Positions 20,005 through 29,408 of a stretch of DNA of 64,000 bases are shown here, piece by piece. Made by a program: the position numbers and the translations under genes. The DNA lies in NCBI GenBank assembly GCA_963719085.1, contig CAVRAL010000001.1, forward strand, positions 116,373-180,372, given 5' to 3'. Numbering within the stretch: the stretch's first letter is position 1; every line of letters begins with the position of its first letter. Source of the DNA: a candidate division FCPU426 bacterium. GTDB taxonomy: Bacteria; Oederibacteriota; Muellerivitia; Muellerivitales; Muellerivitaceae. Below the pieces are notes generated by a model. That model saw nothing but the letters and a program-made list of their open reading frames with translations. It had not been told where the DNA came from and ran no database searches.

Positions 20005-21927
20005 ATGGCCCTCTCCCTGGATCCTCAAGCGGAATGGTTGGAAACCGACGGTTTGGGCGGTTTCGCGTCCGGCACCGTCAACCAAATCCGCACCCGCCGA
20101 TATCACGCGCTTCTTTTGGCGGCCGCCCATCCGCCCGGCGACCGGTTTGTTTTAGTGAACGGCTTGGAAGTGGGGATCGAAACCGCTTCGGGCACTTACG
20201 CGCTTACCAGCCACCGCTATGATCCTGACGTGCTTTTTCCGGATGGCGTCAAGCGCCTTAAAGCTTTTGAGCCGGATCCCTGGCCGCGGTGGACTTTCAA
20301 GCTCGAGGACGGAACCGAGATCGAGCAGGAAATTTTTGTTAAAAAAGGCACGCCCCTGACGGCTATCCGCTGGGTGTTGAAGACGCCGGGAAAAAAGGCC
20401 ACCTTATCCGTCCGGCCCCTGATTTCGGGCCGGGACTATCATTCACTCCACCGCGAGAATGGTTTTTTCAAATTTTCACCGGTCACCCATGAGAACCAAG
20501 TCGAATGGAAGCCTTACCCGGGCGTGCCGGGAATCGTGGCTTATTTCAACGGGGCCTATTTTCAGGAACCCGAATGGTTTAAAAATTTCGCTTATACACG
20601 GGAAAAAGAACGGGGTTTGGATTACACCGAGGACCTGGCCGCGCCGGGCGTTTTTCGGTTTGACCTGGACCGTTCGGAAGCCATCCTGATTTTGACGACC
20701 TCGGAGCAAGGCGGAAACCTGCTGGACCCCGTGCCGGCCAATTATTTCCGAAAAATCGAAGAGGAAGAGCGCGTCAGGCGCCAAGCTTTCCCCACGCGTC
20801 TGCACCGATCGGCGGACGATTATTTGGTCCAACGGGACTACGGCAAGACCATCATGGCGGGTTATCCCTGGTTCATGGATTGGGGACGGGACGCCTTCAT
20901 CTCCATCCGCGGTTTGTGCCTGGCCACCGGCCGCTTGGAAGAGGCTTCCGCGATTCTTTTGGGATGGGCCGATAAGATTTCCCAAGGAATGCTTCCGAAC
21001 CGTTTTCCCGATCAGGGGGAATTGCCCGAGTATAATTCGGTCGACGCCTCGCTTTGGTACGTGATCGCGGTGGCGGAGCTGCTCAGGCGCCGGGGACCGG
21101 GCTTCCCCCAGGGGAACCGGATTAAATTAATGGATACGGTGGACGCGGTTCTGTCCTTTTACGCCAAAGGAACCCGTTATGGTATTCAAATGGACTCCGA
21201 TTTTCTTTTACAGGCGGGAGAGCCGGGTTCCCAATTGACTTGGATGGACGCCAAGGCCAATGGGGTTCCGGTCACGCCCCGCGTCGGAAAACCCGTGGAA
21301 GTCCAGGCCCTTTGGCTCAACGCCCTTTTTGCCATGCGGGATCGGTTTCCCCAATGGCATGAGCCGGCGGAAGAAGGACTTAAAAGTTTCCGATCCAAAT
21401 TTTGGAACGAGGCCGCCGGCTGCCTTTATGACGTGGTGGACGTCAACCATCAAAAAGACCAGAAAGACCCCGCGATTCGTCCCAACCAACTCTTGGCGGT
21501 CGGCGGGCTTCCCTTAAACCTTTTGCCGCTCGACCAAGCCCGGCGCGTGGTGGATCTGGCGGAGTCCCAGCTATGGACGCCTTCAGGAATAAGGTCGCTG
21601 TCTTTCAAAGACCCGGCTTATCAAAGCACCTATCAGGGCAACTCGCTTATCCGGGACGCCGCCTATCACCAGGGAACCGTTTGGCCTTGGCTGGCGGGTC
21701 CTTTTGTGGAGGCCTGGGTCCGGGTGCGCGGTGAGACGCAAGCGGCCAAGCGGGAGGCGCGCGAAAAATTTCTGGAGCCGCTTTTGATCCAGGGCCGGTC
21801 CTTCGGCTTGGCCCATTTGCCGGAGATCGCGGACGGTGAATCTCCTTTTACGCCCCGGGGTTGTCCCTTTCAAGCCTGGTCCGTGGGCGAAGCCCTCCGG
21901 TTAAGCGAGGAAGTTTTGCGCGGATAA
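20005..21927 (+). CDS. glycogen debranching enzyme / amylo-alpha-1,6-glucosidase (archaeal-type GDE_N + GDE_C)
   Basis: EWLETDGLGGFASGT, TRRYHALL, AGYPWFMDWGRD, QLTWMDAK, AYHQGTVWPW, GCPFQAWS. Confidence 0.92.
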   Translation: MALSLDPQAEWLETDGLGGFASGTVNQIRTRRYHALLLAAAHPPGDRFVLVNGLEVGIETASGTYALTSHRYDPDVLFPDGVKRLKAFEPDPWPRWTFKLEDGTEIEQEIFVKKGTPLTAIRWVLKTPGKKATLSVRPLISGRDYHSLHRENGFFKFSPVTHENQVEWKPYPGVPGIVAYFNGAYFQEPEWFKNFAYTREKERGLDYTEDLAAPGVFRFDLDRSEAILILTTSEQGGNLLDPVPANYFRKIEEEERVRRQAFPTRLHRSADDYLVQRDYGKTIMAGYPWFMDWGRDAFISIRGLCLATGRLEEASAILLGWADKISQGMLPNRFPDQGELPEYNSVDASLWYVIAVAELLRRRGPGFPQGNRIKLMDTVDAVLSFYAKGTRYGIQMDSDFLLQAGEPGSQLTWMDAKANGVPVTPRVGKPVEVQALWLNALFAMRDRFPQWHEPAEEGLKSFRSKFWNEAAGCLYDVVDVNHQKDQKDPAIRPNQLLAVGGLPLNLLPLDQARRVVDLAESQLWTPSGIRSLSFKDPAYQSTYQGNSLIRDAAYHQGTVWPWLAGPFVEAWVRVRGETQAAKREAREKFLEPLLIQGRSFGLAHLPEIADGESPFTPRGCPFQAWSVGEALRLSEEVLRG

Positions 21928-22016
21928 GGGAGCGGAAAGCCGTCTTTCTTGGTGAACTTGACACCGGGCTTCGTTAAAATCCATAGGCTTTTCAACCGAA
22001 CCGAAACGGGGCCTTC

Positions 22017-22727
22017 TTGGAAAAAATCAAAAACGGCGTTGAGATCGGATTATTCCTCGCATTGACCCTGGGCCTTTATCTTCTGATGGCCTTGACCCTG
22101 CCTTTCTTTCAGGAAGCCCACGGTTTATTGGTCATGACCGACTGGGCCGATATTTCCCGAAACGCCTCCATCCATACGCTCCTGTTTTTCTCGGCGGCCG
22201 CCTGCGCCATTTTGGGAACGCTTCTTTTAGAATGGATCCCCTCTTTGACGGCGAGCCTGATGGCCAACCTTTGGTCCGTGACTTATTTTTTCATCTGGAT
22301 TGACGCGGTTTTTTCCTTGTCCCTTCAAAGCCAGTCGTTGCGTTATCTTTGGGCTTTGGGATTGGGAGTTCTTTTTATTTATATTTTTTTCCTGCTTCTA
22401 CAAATTCGGGACGGGGCCATTGAAAAAGCAAAACCCGTGGAATGGAAGCCCAAGCTCGTCGGCCAGTGGCTTTGGGGTTGGATGGGGTTTTATTTCGGCT
22501 TGTCCTGCCTGATGACTTACGATTCCTTGTGGTTTTTGCCCTCCCGGATGGCCCTGGCGTTTGGCGCCATGGCCCTTTGCTTTTTCAATTACCTGTTGTG
22601 TCTTTTGTTGAAAAAAGGCGAGGGTCCGGAGGGGGCGGTCTTTTCCCTGGGGGGGCGCCGATTTTTCACGGCCTGGTTCACGCTATTAACCCTGGTGTGG
22701 GTGGCGGAGCGGTTTTTCGGGGTTTGA
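22017..22727 (+). CDS. hypothetical multi-pass membrane protein
   Basis: About 7 hydrophobic segments, TTG start. Confidence 0.65.
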   Translation: MEKIKNGVEIGLFLALTLGLYLLMALTLPFFQEAHGLLVMTDWADISRNASIHTLLFFSAAACAILGTLLLEWIPSLTASLMANLWSVTYFFIWIDAVFSLSLQSQSLRYLWALGLGVLFIYIFFLLLQIRDGAIEKAKPVEWKPKLVGQWLWGWMGFYFGLSCLMTYDSLWFLPSRMALAFGAMALCFFNYLLCLLLKKGEGPEGAVFSLGGRRFFTAWFTLLTLVWVAERFFGV

Positions 22728-22821
22728 CCTTTCGGGGATTTTTTGATGAAAGAGCCCCGGTTGAAATGGATGGTCCGGAGATGAAGGTCCGGCCGTGAAA
22801 CGCGGGTGAAACAGGGGACTG

Positions 22822-24876
22822 ATGGGTAAAAATGGGTTGTGCTTTTTTGGCGCCGCCGCCATTCTCGGATTGCTGGCTTATGGTCCTTTTGGCTGGAGCG
22901 TCAAAGTTTGGATTTTCATCCTTTTGACCCTAATCCTTTTTGGGGCGGCTTTCCTTTGGGTTCCCGCGGCGAAAGAGTCGGACGCAGAAAAATTTCTCTC
23001 CTCTGAAAAAGGTTTTCCCGCCCCTCCGATGGTCTTATTTTGGGTTTTGGCGGTGTTCGCCCTTTTCCTTCGTTTTTTTGATCTGACCGACTTTCACTTT
23101 TGGCCGACCGGGGATGAGGGGCTCAACGGCTTTCTCGCGCTCTCACTTTGCCGGCATTGGTCCTGGCATTTTTTTTACGCCGTGGGAGAACTTCCGCCGC
23201 TTTTAACTTGGCTGTTGGCCCTGGGTTATCGGCTTTCCACTTCGGCTTTTTTTGCCATTTGGTTTCCGCCAGCCCTTTTTTCCGCGCTGGCCTTGGGGGC
23301 GGGCTACGCGGCGGCGCGTCTTTTTTTTTCCAAAAGCCTGGCGACCCTCTTCGGAATTTTATTAGCGTTCAGCTTCTGGCCGTTGGACTCCGGGCGTTAT
23401 TGCCATCAAGGCATTTTGGTCCCCTTTTGGGAGCTCACTTGTTTTTATCTTTTCGGCCGATTCTTAAAGGCTTCCCAAGGGAATCGGGAAAAGTGGGCGC
23501 TTTTTTTAGGGCTTTGGACCGGATTGGGAACGCTGACCTTTCCGTCTTGGCTTTCGGTCCTTCTTTTAGCCATCCTCACCTTTTTACTGACGCAGGTCCG
23601 TGATTTTCAAAAGAACTTCAAGCCGATTTTGGTCTGGGGCCTGGGTTTGTCCTTGGGTGGGCTCCCTTTTGTCTTGGCAGTGCTTCGGGAGGGTTATGGC
23701 CACCACTTTTTGGACGCCTCGGCGGCCAGCGGTTGGTATTCGCCGGCGCATCAATGGATGACCCACGCGTCCTATCTGACCAGTTTCTTTTGGGGGACTG
23801 CGCCGGGAGGGGCTTCCTACGGTCCTTTTTGGGGTGGGATGCTTAATCCGATTTTGGGCGCTGGTTTTTTTCTGGGTTTTTTTGAGCTGCTCCGCTTGCG
23901 AAAGATATTTTTTTCGAAATGGTGGGTTTTGGCCGCGTTTTTTTGCTTTTTGCCCGGCTTGTTGGCCTCGGATTATGTGGAACTGAACCGGGTTCTTCAG
24001 GTGATGCCTTTGCTGCTCCTAATGGCCGCCTTCGGATTTCAACGGCTTTATTTGGATCTGGGCCGCCGGGCCTTGCCGGTAGTTTTGCTGCTGCTGGCCG
24101 CCTCTTTCGGTTTGGACATGATTCATTTGGCCAAGTCACGGACCCCGCTGGTGAAAACCGCTGACGCCAATTACGCGGCTTTCCAGATTTTGGAGGCTCA
24201 AAGGCTGAAGGAAGGGCCGGGGCTTATTTTCAGCGACTTTCTTCTTCTTTCGCATAATCACAGTCTTTCGGCGTGTGTTTATCCCTTCAACGCAGCGGTA
24301 AACTCGCGGCTCAACCCGGCCGCGGCTCGATGGGCCGCCGTGATCGTCAACCCCCACTATGAGCGGTTTCTGGCCGCCCGTTTTCCCGGTTCCAGTTGGG
24401 CGAAAACGCCCTTGGAAGACGGGGAAGGGGGATTGGTTGTGGGGATATTGCCCGTGACGGACGCCAACGAGGGGCTTTTCAGCCGGTGGAAAGAGGCCCA
24501 TGATTATTTCGGGACCTTAAATTTAGAGGCTGAACAGGTCGCCAACAGCCAGGCTGAATACCAGAAGACCCTGTCCCAATTGCCCGAAGGTTACGCCTGG
24601 GTCGCGGGAGATCCTTTCTTGGAATCCATCTATGGCGAGTGGCTGGCTCAATATCATTACGGCGCGGATTATTCAAAAAACATTGAAGTGTTGCGACGGG
24701 CCGTGACGCGGGGCTATCCCGCGGCGCACTTATATTTTAAGCTGGGCAATTTTCTGTGGGCGGACGGCAAAACGGGGGAAGCGAGGCGGGCTTACGCGCG
24801 ATCCCTGGCTTTGGATCCGGAAGAAACCGGGGCCGCCCAGGCCTTGGCCGGTCTTTCGGGGAATGGAAAATTTTAA
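22822..24876 (+). CDS. GT-C type (PMT/ArnT-like) membrane glycosyltransferase with C-terminal TPR
   Basis: LRFF..L....GDEG acidic loop, PPL motif, many TM helices, terminal TPR-like helices (LGNFL..G...EARRAY.RSLALDP). Confidence 0.75.
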   Translation: MGKNGLCFFGAAAILGLLAYGPFGWSVKVWIFILLTLILFGAAFLWVPAAKESDAEKFLSSEKGFPAPPMVLFWVLAVFALFLRFFDLTDFHFWPTGDEGLNGFLALSLCRHWSWHFFYAVGELPPLLTWLLALGYRLSTSAFFAIWFPPALFSALALGAGYAAARLFFSKSLATLFGILLAFSFWPLDSGRYCHQGILVPFWELTCFYLFGRFLKASQGNREKWALFLGLWTGLGTLTFPSWLSVLLLAILTFLLTQVRDFQKNFKPILVWGLGLSLGGLPFVLAVLREGYGHHFLDASAASGWYSPAHQWMTHASYLTSFFWGTAPGGASYGPFWGGMLNPILGAGFFLGFFELLRLRKIFFSKWWVLAAFFCFLPGLLASDYVELNRVLQVMPLLLLMAAFGFQRLYLDLGRRALPVVLLLLAASFGLDMIHLAKSRTPLVKTADANYAAFQILEAQRLKEGPGLIFSDFLLLSHNHSLSACVYPFNAAVNSRLNPAAARWAAVIVNPHYERFLAARFPGSSWAKTPLEDGEGGLVVGILPVTDANEGLFSRWKEAHDYFGTLNLEAEQVANSQAEYQKTLSQLPEGYAWVAGDPFLESIYGEWLAQYHYGADYSKNIEVLRRAVTRGYPAAHLYFKLGNFLWADGKTGEARRAYARSLALDPEETGAAQALAGLSGNGKF

Positions 24877-24955
24877 TTCAACCCAAGAGTCGGTTGTTTT
24901 ATGATGACAGCGAGAAGTTTATGATCCGTTGGTTATCTTTCAATTAGGAGTCTAT

Positions 24956-25657
24956 GTGAATGAAATCGCGGCTTCTTTTATTATTTTTTTCCTCCTGATT
25001 TTGGGTTTGTGCCGTTCCTGGCGGTATTTTTGGTGCACTTCCTACGACATCCTTCTCGTGCGTCAATTGGAACCCTGGTTTTGGTTCATTTTTCTTAACC
25101 TGGTTTTGAGCGTTTTCAGCAGTCATTTCGAGTTTTCTTATATTCCGCTGGCGGCTTTGCTTCAACTGGCGCTCAGTACCTGGTTCGCCATTTCGATGAA
25201 ATGGATCACCCTCGCCTGCTCCCATGAGCATGTGGTTGCCCAAAAGGTCTGGCTCGGTTCGGAACGGACGGTAAAATTTTGTTACCGTTGCGGCACGCGG
25301 ATGCCCGGAAGCGTGACGGCGACCGAATTAAAAGACTCTTCCTGGCAGCTTTATTTTTTCCAGATGCCGCCCCATCTTTTCGAGTACGCGATTTTCTGGG
25401 TAGCCCAGTCCATTATTTTTTTGGTCATCCTTTTCCTGGCCCTGCATGTCCTGAAGAAAAACGGTTTCAAGGAAGTGCTGGCCATGATCGCGGTGGTTTT
25501 GGTGGTGGCGGCGCCCGCGGGCCTTTATTATTGGAACCGGTTCAAACGGTATTTAATGGAATCCCGGGGTCATGTTTGGATGGACGAGTTCAAGCGGTCG
25601 TTTATTGTTTGGGCCCTGATTTTGGTGGGTCTTTTCGTTTTGCTGAAGATCGGCTGA
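24956..25657 (+). CDS. hypothetical membrane protein with internal Cys/His cluster
   Basis: About 6 TM segments; CSHEH..CYRCG; GTG start after AGGAG. Confidence 0.65.
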   Translation: MNEIAASFIIFFLLILGLCRSWRYFWCTSYDILLVRQLEPWFWFIFLNLVLSVFSSHFEFSYIPLAALLQLALSTWFAISMKWITLACSHEHVVAQKVWLGSERTVKFCYRCGTRMPGSVTATELKDSSWQLYFFQMPPHLFEYAIFWVAQSIIFLVILFLALHVLKKNGFKEVLAMIAVVLVVAAPAGLYYWNRFKRYLMESRGHVWMDEFKRSFIVWALILVGLFVLLKIG

Positions 25658-25660
25658 CTT

Positions 25661-26107
25661 TTGACCCCGCGCGAGGATTGGATCAGGGAAAACGCGAAGG
25701 AAAGGCGCCGTCTTGCGGCGCTGGTCACCCCCTTGACCGAAGAGGAGCTGGGACGGCTTTTGCCCAATGGTTGGACGGTGGCCGCGGCCTTGGTTCATCT
25801 GGCCTTTTGGGATCTTCGGCAAGTCACCCTTTTGAGGCGTTGGGTTGAGGAAGGGGTCAAACCCGGAAGCCTGGACGCTGAGGCCATCAATGAGCCCTTA
25901 AGCCTTTTGAGCGAGGCCATGCCCTTGGAAGCTTCCGTCGCCCTGGTTTTGGACGCGGCCGAAACCGTGGACCAGGCGGTGGAAAAACTTTCGCGAGAAC
26001 AGGTCGATCAATTGGTTGAGATGGGATTTGAAAGAAACCTTCAGCGCTTTTCACACCGCAAAAATCATTTGGATAAAATCGAGGAAGTTTTAGGCGAAAA
26101 AGCCTAA
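25661..26107 (+). CDS. DinB/MDMPI-like four-helix protein
   Basis: GWTVAAALVHLAFWD and C-terminal H...HLDKIE pattern. Confidence 0.75.
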   Translation: MTPREDWIRENAKERRRLAALVTPLTEEELGRLLPNGWTVAAALVHLAFWDLRQVTLLRRWVEEGVKPGSLDAEAINEPLSLLSEAMPLEASVALVLDAAETVDQAVEKLSREQVDQLVEMGFERNLQRFSHRKNHLDKIEEVLGEKA

Positions 26108-29100
26108 ATTCTTTGGCGCCGCAGGTCCAAAGTATGGGGGAAATCCTCGTTGGGCTCTTCCGGTGGCGCGCTGACCCGGCCGCTGACCCGGCTCACCGTC
26201 TCAAAACGGGCCTTCCAACGGCTTTCCGCCTCCTCGTCATTCACCGGCATGAGTTCGTAACTACGCCCGCCCGGGTGAAAGGTGTGGAGGATGCATCCGC
26301 CCAATGACAGCTGCCGCTCAGGATCGATCAGGTCTAATTCCAAAGTTTGAGTCGCGGGAATATCGGCGTAAAGGGACGTGGGCTGGTCCCAAGATTTGTA
26401 GCGAATCCCGGCCACCAGGACCCCCGGGGTTTGGGTGGGCCTTAAAGGCACCCGGCGGCCGTTGCAAGAAAGCACCAGATTGGGCGGCGCGTCCCTTAAG
26501 ATCACTTGGATTCTTTCGGTCGAGGCGTCAATGGCCCGGCTGACCGTGGCGCCCATGGCTTCCTCGCCTAAAACCGGCCAAGGCTCCAAGGCGGTGCGCA
26601 GTTCCAATTCCACCCCCTCGATGACTGTCCGGCCGCATAAGGGAAAGCGAAAATTGAAGTGGGCCCGGAACCACTCGGGGTCAAAAGGAAGCCCTTGCCG
26701 CCGTAAGTCATCCAAAACTTCGGTTAGGTCTTGCCACAGATACCAGGGAAGCATGAATCGGTCATTGAGCGCCGTGCCCCAGCGCACTAACTTATCCGGA
26801 AGCGAGGCCGGGTAAAGCCGCGCCACTAAGGCCCGCACTAAAAGCGTTTGAAGCAAGGCCATGCGGGGATGGGGCGCCATCTCGAAGGCCCGCAGTTCCA
26901 GCAACCCCTGGCGGCCGCGAGTGGAGCCGGGATCAAAAAGTTTATCGATGCAAAATTCGGTCCGGTGGGTATTGCCGCCCACATCCACCAACAAATGACG
27001 GAAAAGCCGGTCCAGACGCCAAAAGGGAACCTCGCCTTCGGGCGGAATCCGCCGCATGGCGTTTTCGAGTTCATACAAAGCGTCATGCCGGGCTTCGTCC
27101 GGCCGGGGCGCCTGGCTGGTGGGGCCCACGAAAAGCGACGCGAAAAAATAAGACAGGCTGGGATGTTTCTGCCAATAAGCGATCATGGCGGGGAGCAACC
27201 GGGGCTGGCGGAAGAAAGGGCTTTTTTCAGGAATTGAGGCGCCCATGACCAAATGGCTCCCGCCGCCCGAACCCACCGGCCTTCCATTGATGGTGAATTT
27301 GACGGCGGACAGCCCGATCTGCCGGGCTTCCTCATAAAGGATTTCAAGATTGGACTTCAACGAAGCCCAATCGGAAGAGGGGTGGATATTGACCTCTAAA
27401 ACCCCCGGATCGGGAGTGATGCGGAAATTAAGAAGCCGGGGATCGGCGGGCGGTTCGTAGCCTTCCAAGACCACGCTTAAGTGAAGCGCGGCGGCGGCGG
27501 TTTCGACCTGGGCCACCAGCTCCAAAAAGTTTTCCAAAAGCGAAAGCGGAGGCAGGAAAACATGAATTTTCCCATCCCGGATCTGGGTGCCCAGGGCGGT
27601 TCGAACCGCTCCCTTGGATTCATGGGCGTTTTTATCCGAAGCCGGTTTTGAAAAGCTGTTGAGCCTTTGGCGGGGCAAAAGCGGTTCGGGCTCCACAAAG
27701 GGATCCCGGGGAAAGGGCACGGGCTCCAAGGGTTTGTCCGAGAGGATGGTATCCAGGGGCAGGCGATAGCCTAGCGGTGAATCCCCGGGGATCAGGGTCA
27801 ATTGATCGGTCGTGAGTTTCCATTCTTCGCTCACCCAACCTTCTCGCGCGGAACTCCAAGTTAAGGGCAAAACCCAACCGGTGGGCGCGGGCACCACCGG
27901 CTCGGTTTTGGGAGGTTTGGCCGATTCTTTGGAATCCGGGTTCACGGCGGTGGCGGGACCGGATTTAACGGAGGCGGCCGCCGCGGCCGTCTTTACGGCG
28001 GGGCTTTCGTAAGCGGGGATGATCCGGGCCGTGGGCAATCCTAAATCCTGGGCCAGTTTGGCGAGCAGGCCCTGCGCCGCGTTGGCGTGCGCTTTTCCCG
28101 GAACCGAGGGGTCGGCCAAAAGGGATTCATTGATCCAAACCGGCTCGCCATCCCGGCGCCAAAAACTATTGAGCGACCAGCGGGGCAGCTCCTCGCCCCC
28201 GTACCATTTGCCTTGTCCGGTTTGGGCGAGGGAACCGGGTGAAAAATGTTTCCGGAGCCGGGAAAGCAGTTCCCAGCCTTTTTGAAGTTTTTGTTTGCCC
28301 AAGGCCCCGGTCTGCCATTGGACATCGTCCCGGTTATCCACCGACACGAAAGTAGGCTCGCCGCCCATGGTGAGGCCCACGCCTAAATCATTTAGGCGCT
28401 TATCCACGGTTCGGCCCAGTTCATCCACGGCTTTCCATTGGTCCTCCGTCAAGGGCTTGGTGGCCCGGGGCGGGTCCGCGATTCGGCAGATCGTCATGGT
28501 ATGTTCCAAAACGCTTTCACAGGCTTCCATTGTGCCGCTGATGGGCGCCGCGCTGACCGGGTGCGGCGTACAGCTTAACGGGATATGGCCTTCTCCCGCG
28601 AAGAGCCCCGAAGTGGGATCCAGCCCGATCCAACCGGCCCCCGGAATATAAGCTTCCACCCAGGCGTGCAGGTCGGTGAAGTCGGATTCCACTCCCGTGG
28701 GACCGGTGACCGGCTTTTCGTCCGCCACCAGTTGGATGAGATAACCGGAAGCGAAGCGCGCCGCGATTCCTAAATGCCGGAAAGTTTGACAAGCCAGCCA
28801 AGCCAGATCCCGGCAAGAGCCGCTGTTGAATTGAAGCGTTTGCTCGCAGGTTTGGACACCGGGTTCCAGGCGGACTAAGTAGCGGCTCTGCCGGTTGATG
28901 GCTTGATTGACGGTGGCCAAAAGGTCGATGGTATTGCGGTTTTGACGGCCGATTTCATTCACGAATTTTTGCAGGAGCGGTCCTGTTTCATCCAGCCTCA
29001 GGTAAGGAAGCAAATCTTCCGCCAGGGTCTTTTCATATTTAAAGGGAAAGTTGAGATAGTCGCTTTCAATAAAAAAGTCGAAGGGATTGATCCGCTCGAG

Positions 29101-29352
29101 CGAGGCCCTCAAACCCACCTTCACCTCGAATTCTTCCGTGGGTTCGGGGAAAACCACCCGGCCCAGGAAGTTGCCGAAAGGATCCTGCTGCCAATTGAGA
29201 AAATGGTTTTTGGGGGTGATGCTCAGCGAGTAAGACAATAGGGGGGTGCGGCAGTGGGCGGCGGGCTTGAGCCGGATCACTTGGGGGCCCAAGCGAACGG
29301 AACGATCATATCGATAGCGGGTAATGTGTTCTAAAAGGACTTGGGTCGCCAT
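26104..29352 (-). CDS. transglutaminase-like protein with C-terminal DUF2126 (putative amidoligase) region
   Basis: WQQDPFGN N-domain; triad GSCRD / DLHAW / LDPTSG; LTMGGEPTF, PDPGVLEVN, GNTHRTEFCIDKL, ELRAFEM. Confidence 0.9.
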   Translation of the reverse strand: MATQVLLEHITRYRYDRSVRLGPQVIRLKPAAHCRTPLLSYSLSITPKNHFLNWQQDPFGNFLGRVVFPEPTEEFEVKVGLRASLERINPFDFFIESDYLNFPFKYEKTLAEDLLPYLRLDETGPLLQKFVNEIGRQNRNTIDLLATVNQAINRQSRYLVRLEPGVQTCEQTLQFNSGSCRDLAWLACQTFRHLGIAARFASGYLIQLVADEKPVTGPTGVESDFTDLHAWVEAYIPGAGWIGLDPTSGLFAGEGHIPLSCTPHPVSAAPISGTMEACESVLEHTMTICRIADPPRATKPLTEDQWKAVDELGRTVDKRLNDLGVGLTMGGEPTFVSVDNRDDVQWQTGALGKQKLQKGWELLSRLRKHFSPGSLAQTGQGKWYGGEELPRWSLNSFWRRDGEPVWINESLLADPSVPGKAHANAAQGLLAKLAQDLGLPTARIIPAYESPAVKTAAAAASVKSGPATAVNPDSKESAKPPKTEPVVPAPTGWVLPLTWSSAREGWVSEEWKLTTDQLTLIPGDSPLGYRLPLDTILSDKPLEPVPFPRDPFVEPEPLLPRQRLNSFSKPASDKNAHESKGAVRTALGTQIRDGKIHVFLPPLSLLENFLELVAQVETAAAALHLSVVLEGYEPPADPRLLNFRITPDPGVLEVNIHPSSDWASLKSNLEILYEEARQIGLSAVKFTINGRPVGSGGGSHLVMGASIPEKSPFFRQPRLLPAMIAYWQKHPSLSYFFASLFVGPTSQAPRPDEARHDALYELENAMRRIPPEGEVPFWRLDRLFRHLLVDVGGNTHRTEFCIDKLFDPGSTRGRQGLLELRAFEMAPHPRMALLQTLLVRALVARLYPASLPDKLVRWGTALNDRFMLPWYLWQDLTEVLDDLRRQGLPFDPEWFRAHFNFRFPLCGRTVIEGVELELRTALEPWPVLGEEAMGATVSRAIDASTERIQVILRDAPPNLVLSCNGRRVPLRPTQTPGVLVAGIRYKSWDQPTSLYADIPATQTLELDLIDPERQLSLGGCILHTFHPGGRSYELMPVNDEEAESRWKARFETVSRVSGRVSAPPEEPNEDFPHTLDLRRQRI

Positions 29353-29408
29353 AATTTTTTTAATTATGAGGGGTTTGCGTAGGGCGTTTCAATAGGTAGA
29401 ATAGGTTT

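Noticed and set aside
19738-20130. 130-aa minus-strand ORF
   Set aside because: Overlaps the start of the debranching enzyme gene, no SD or recognisable composition.
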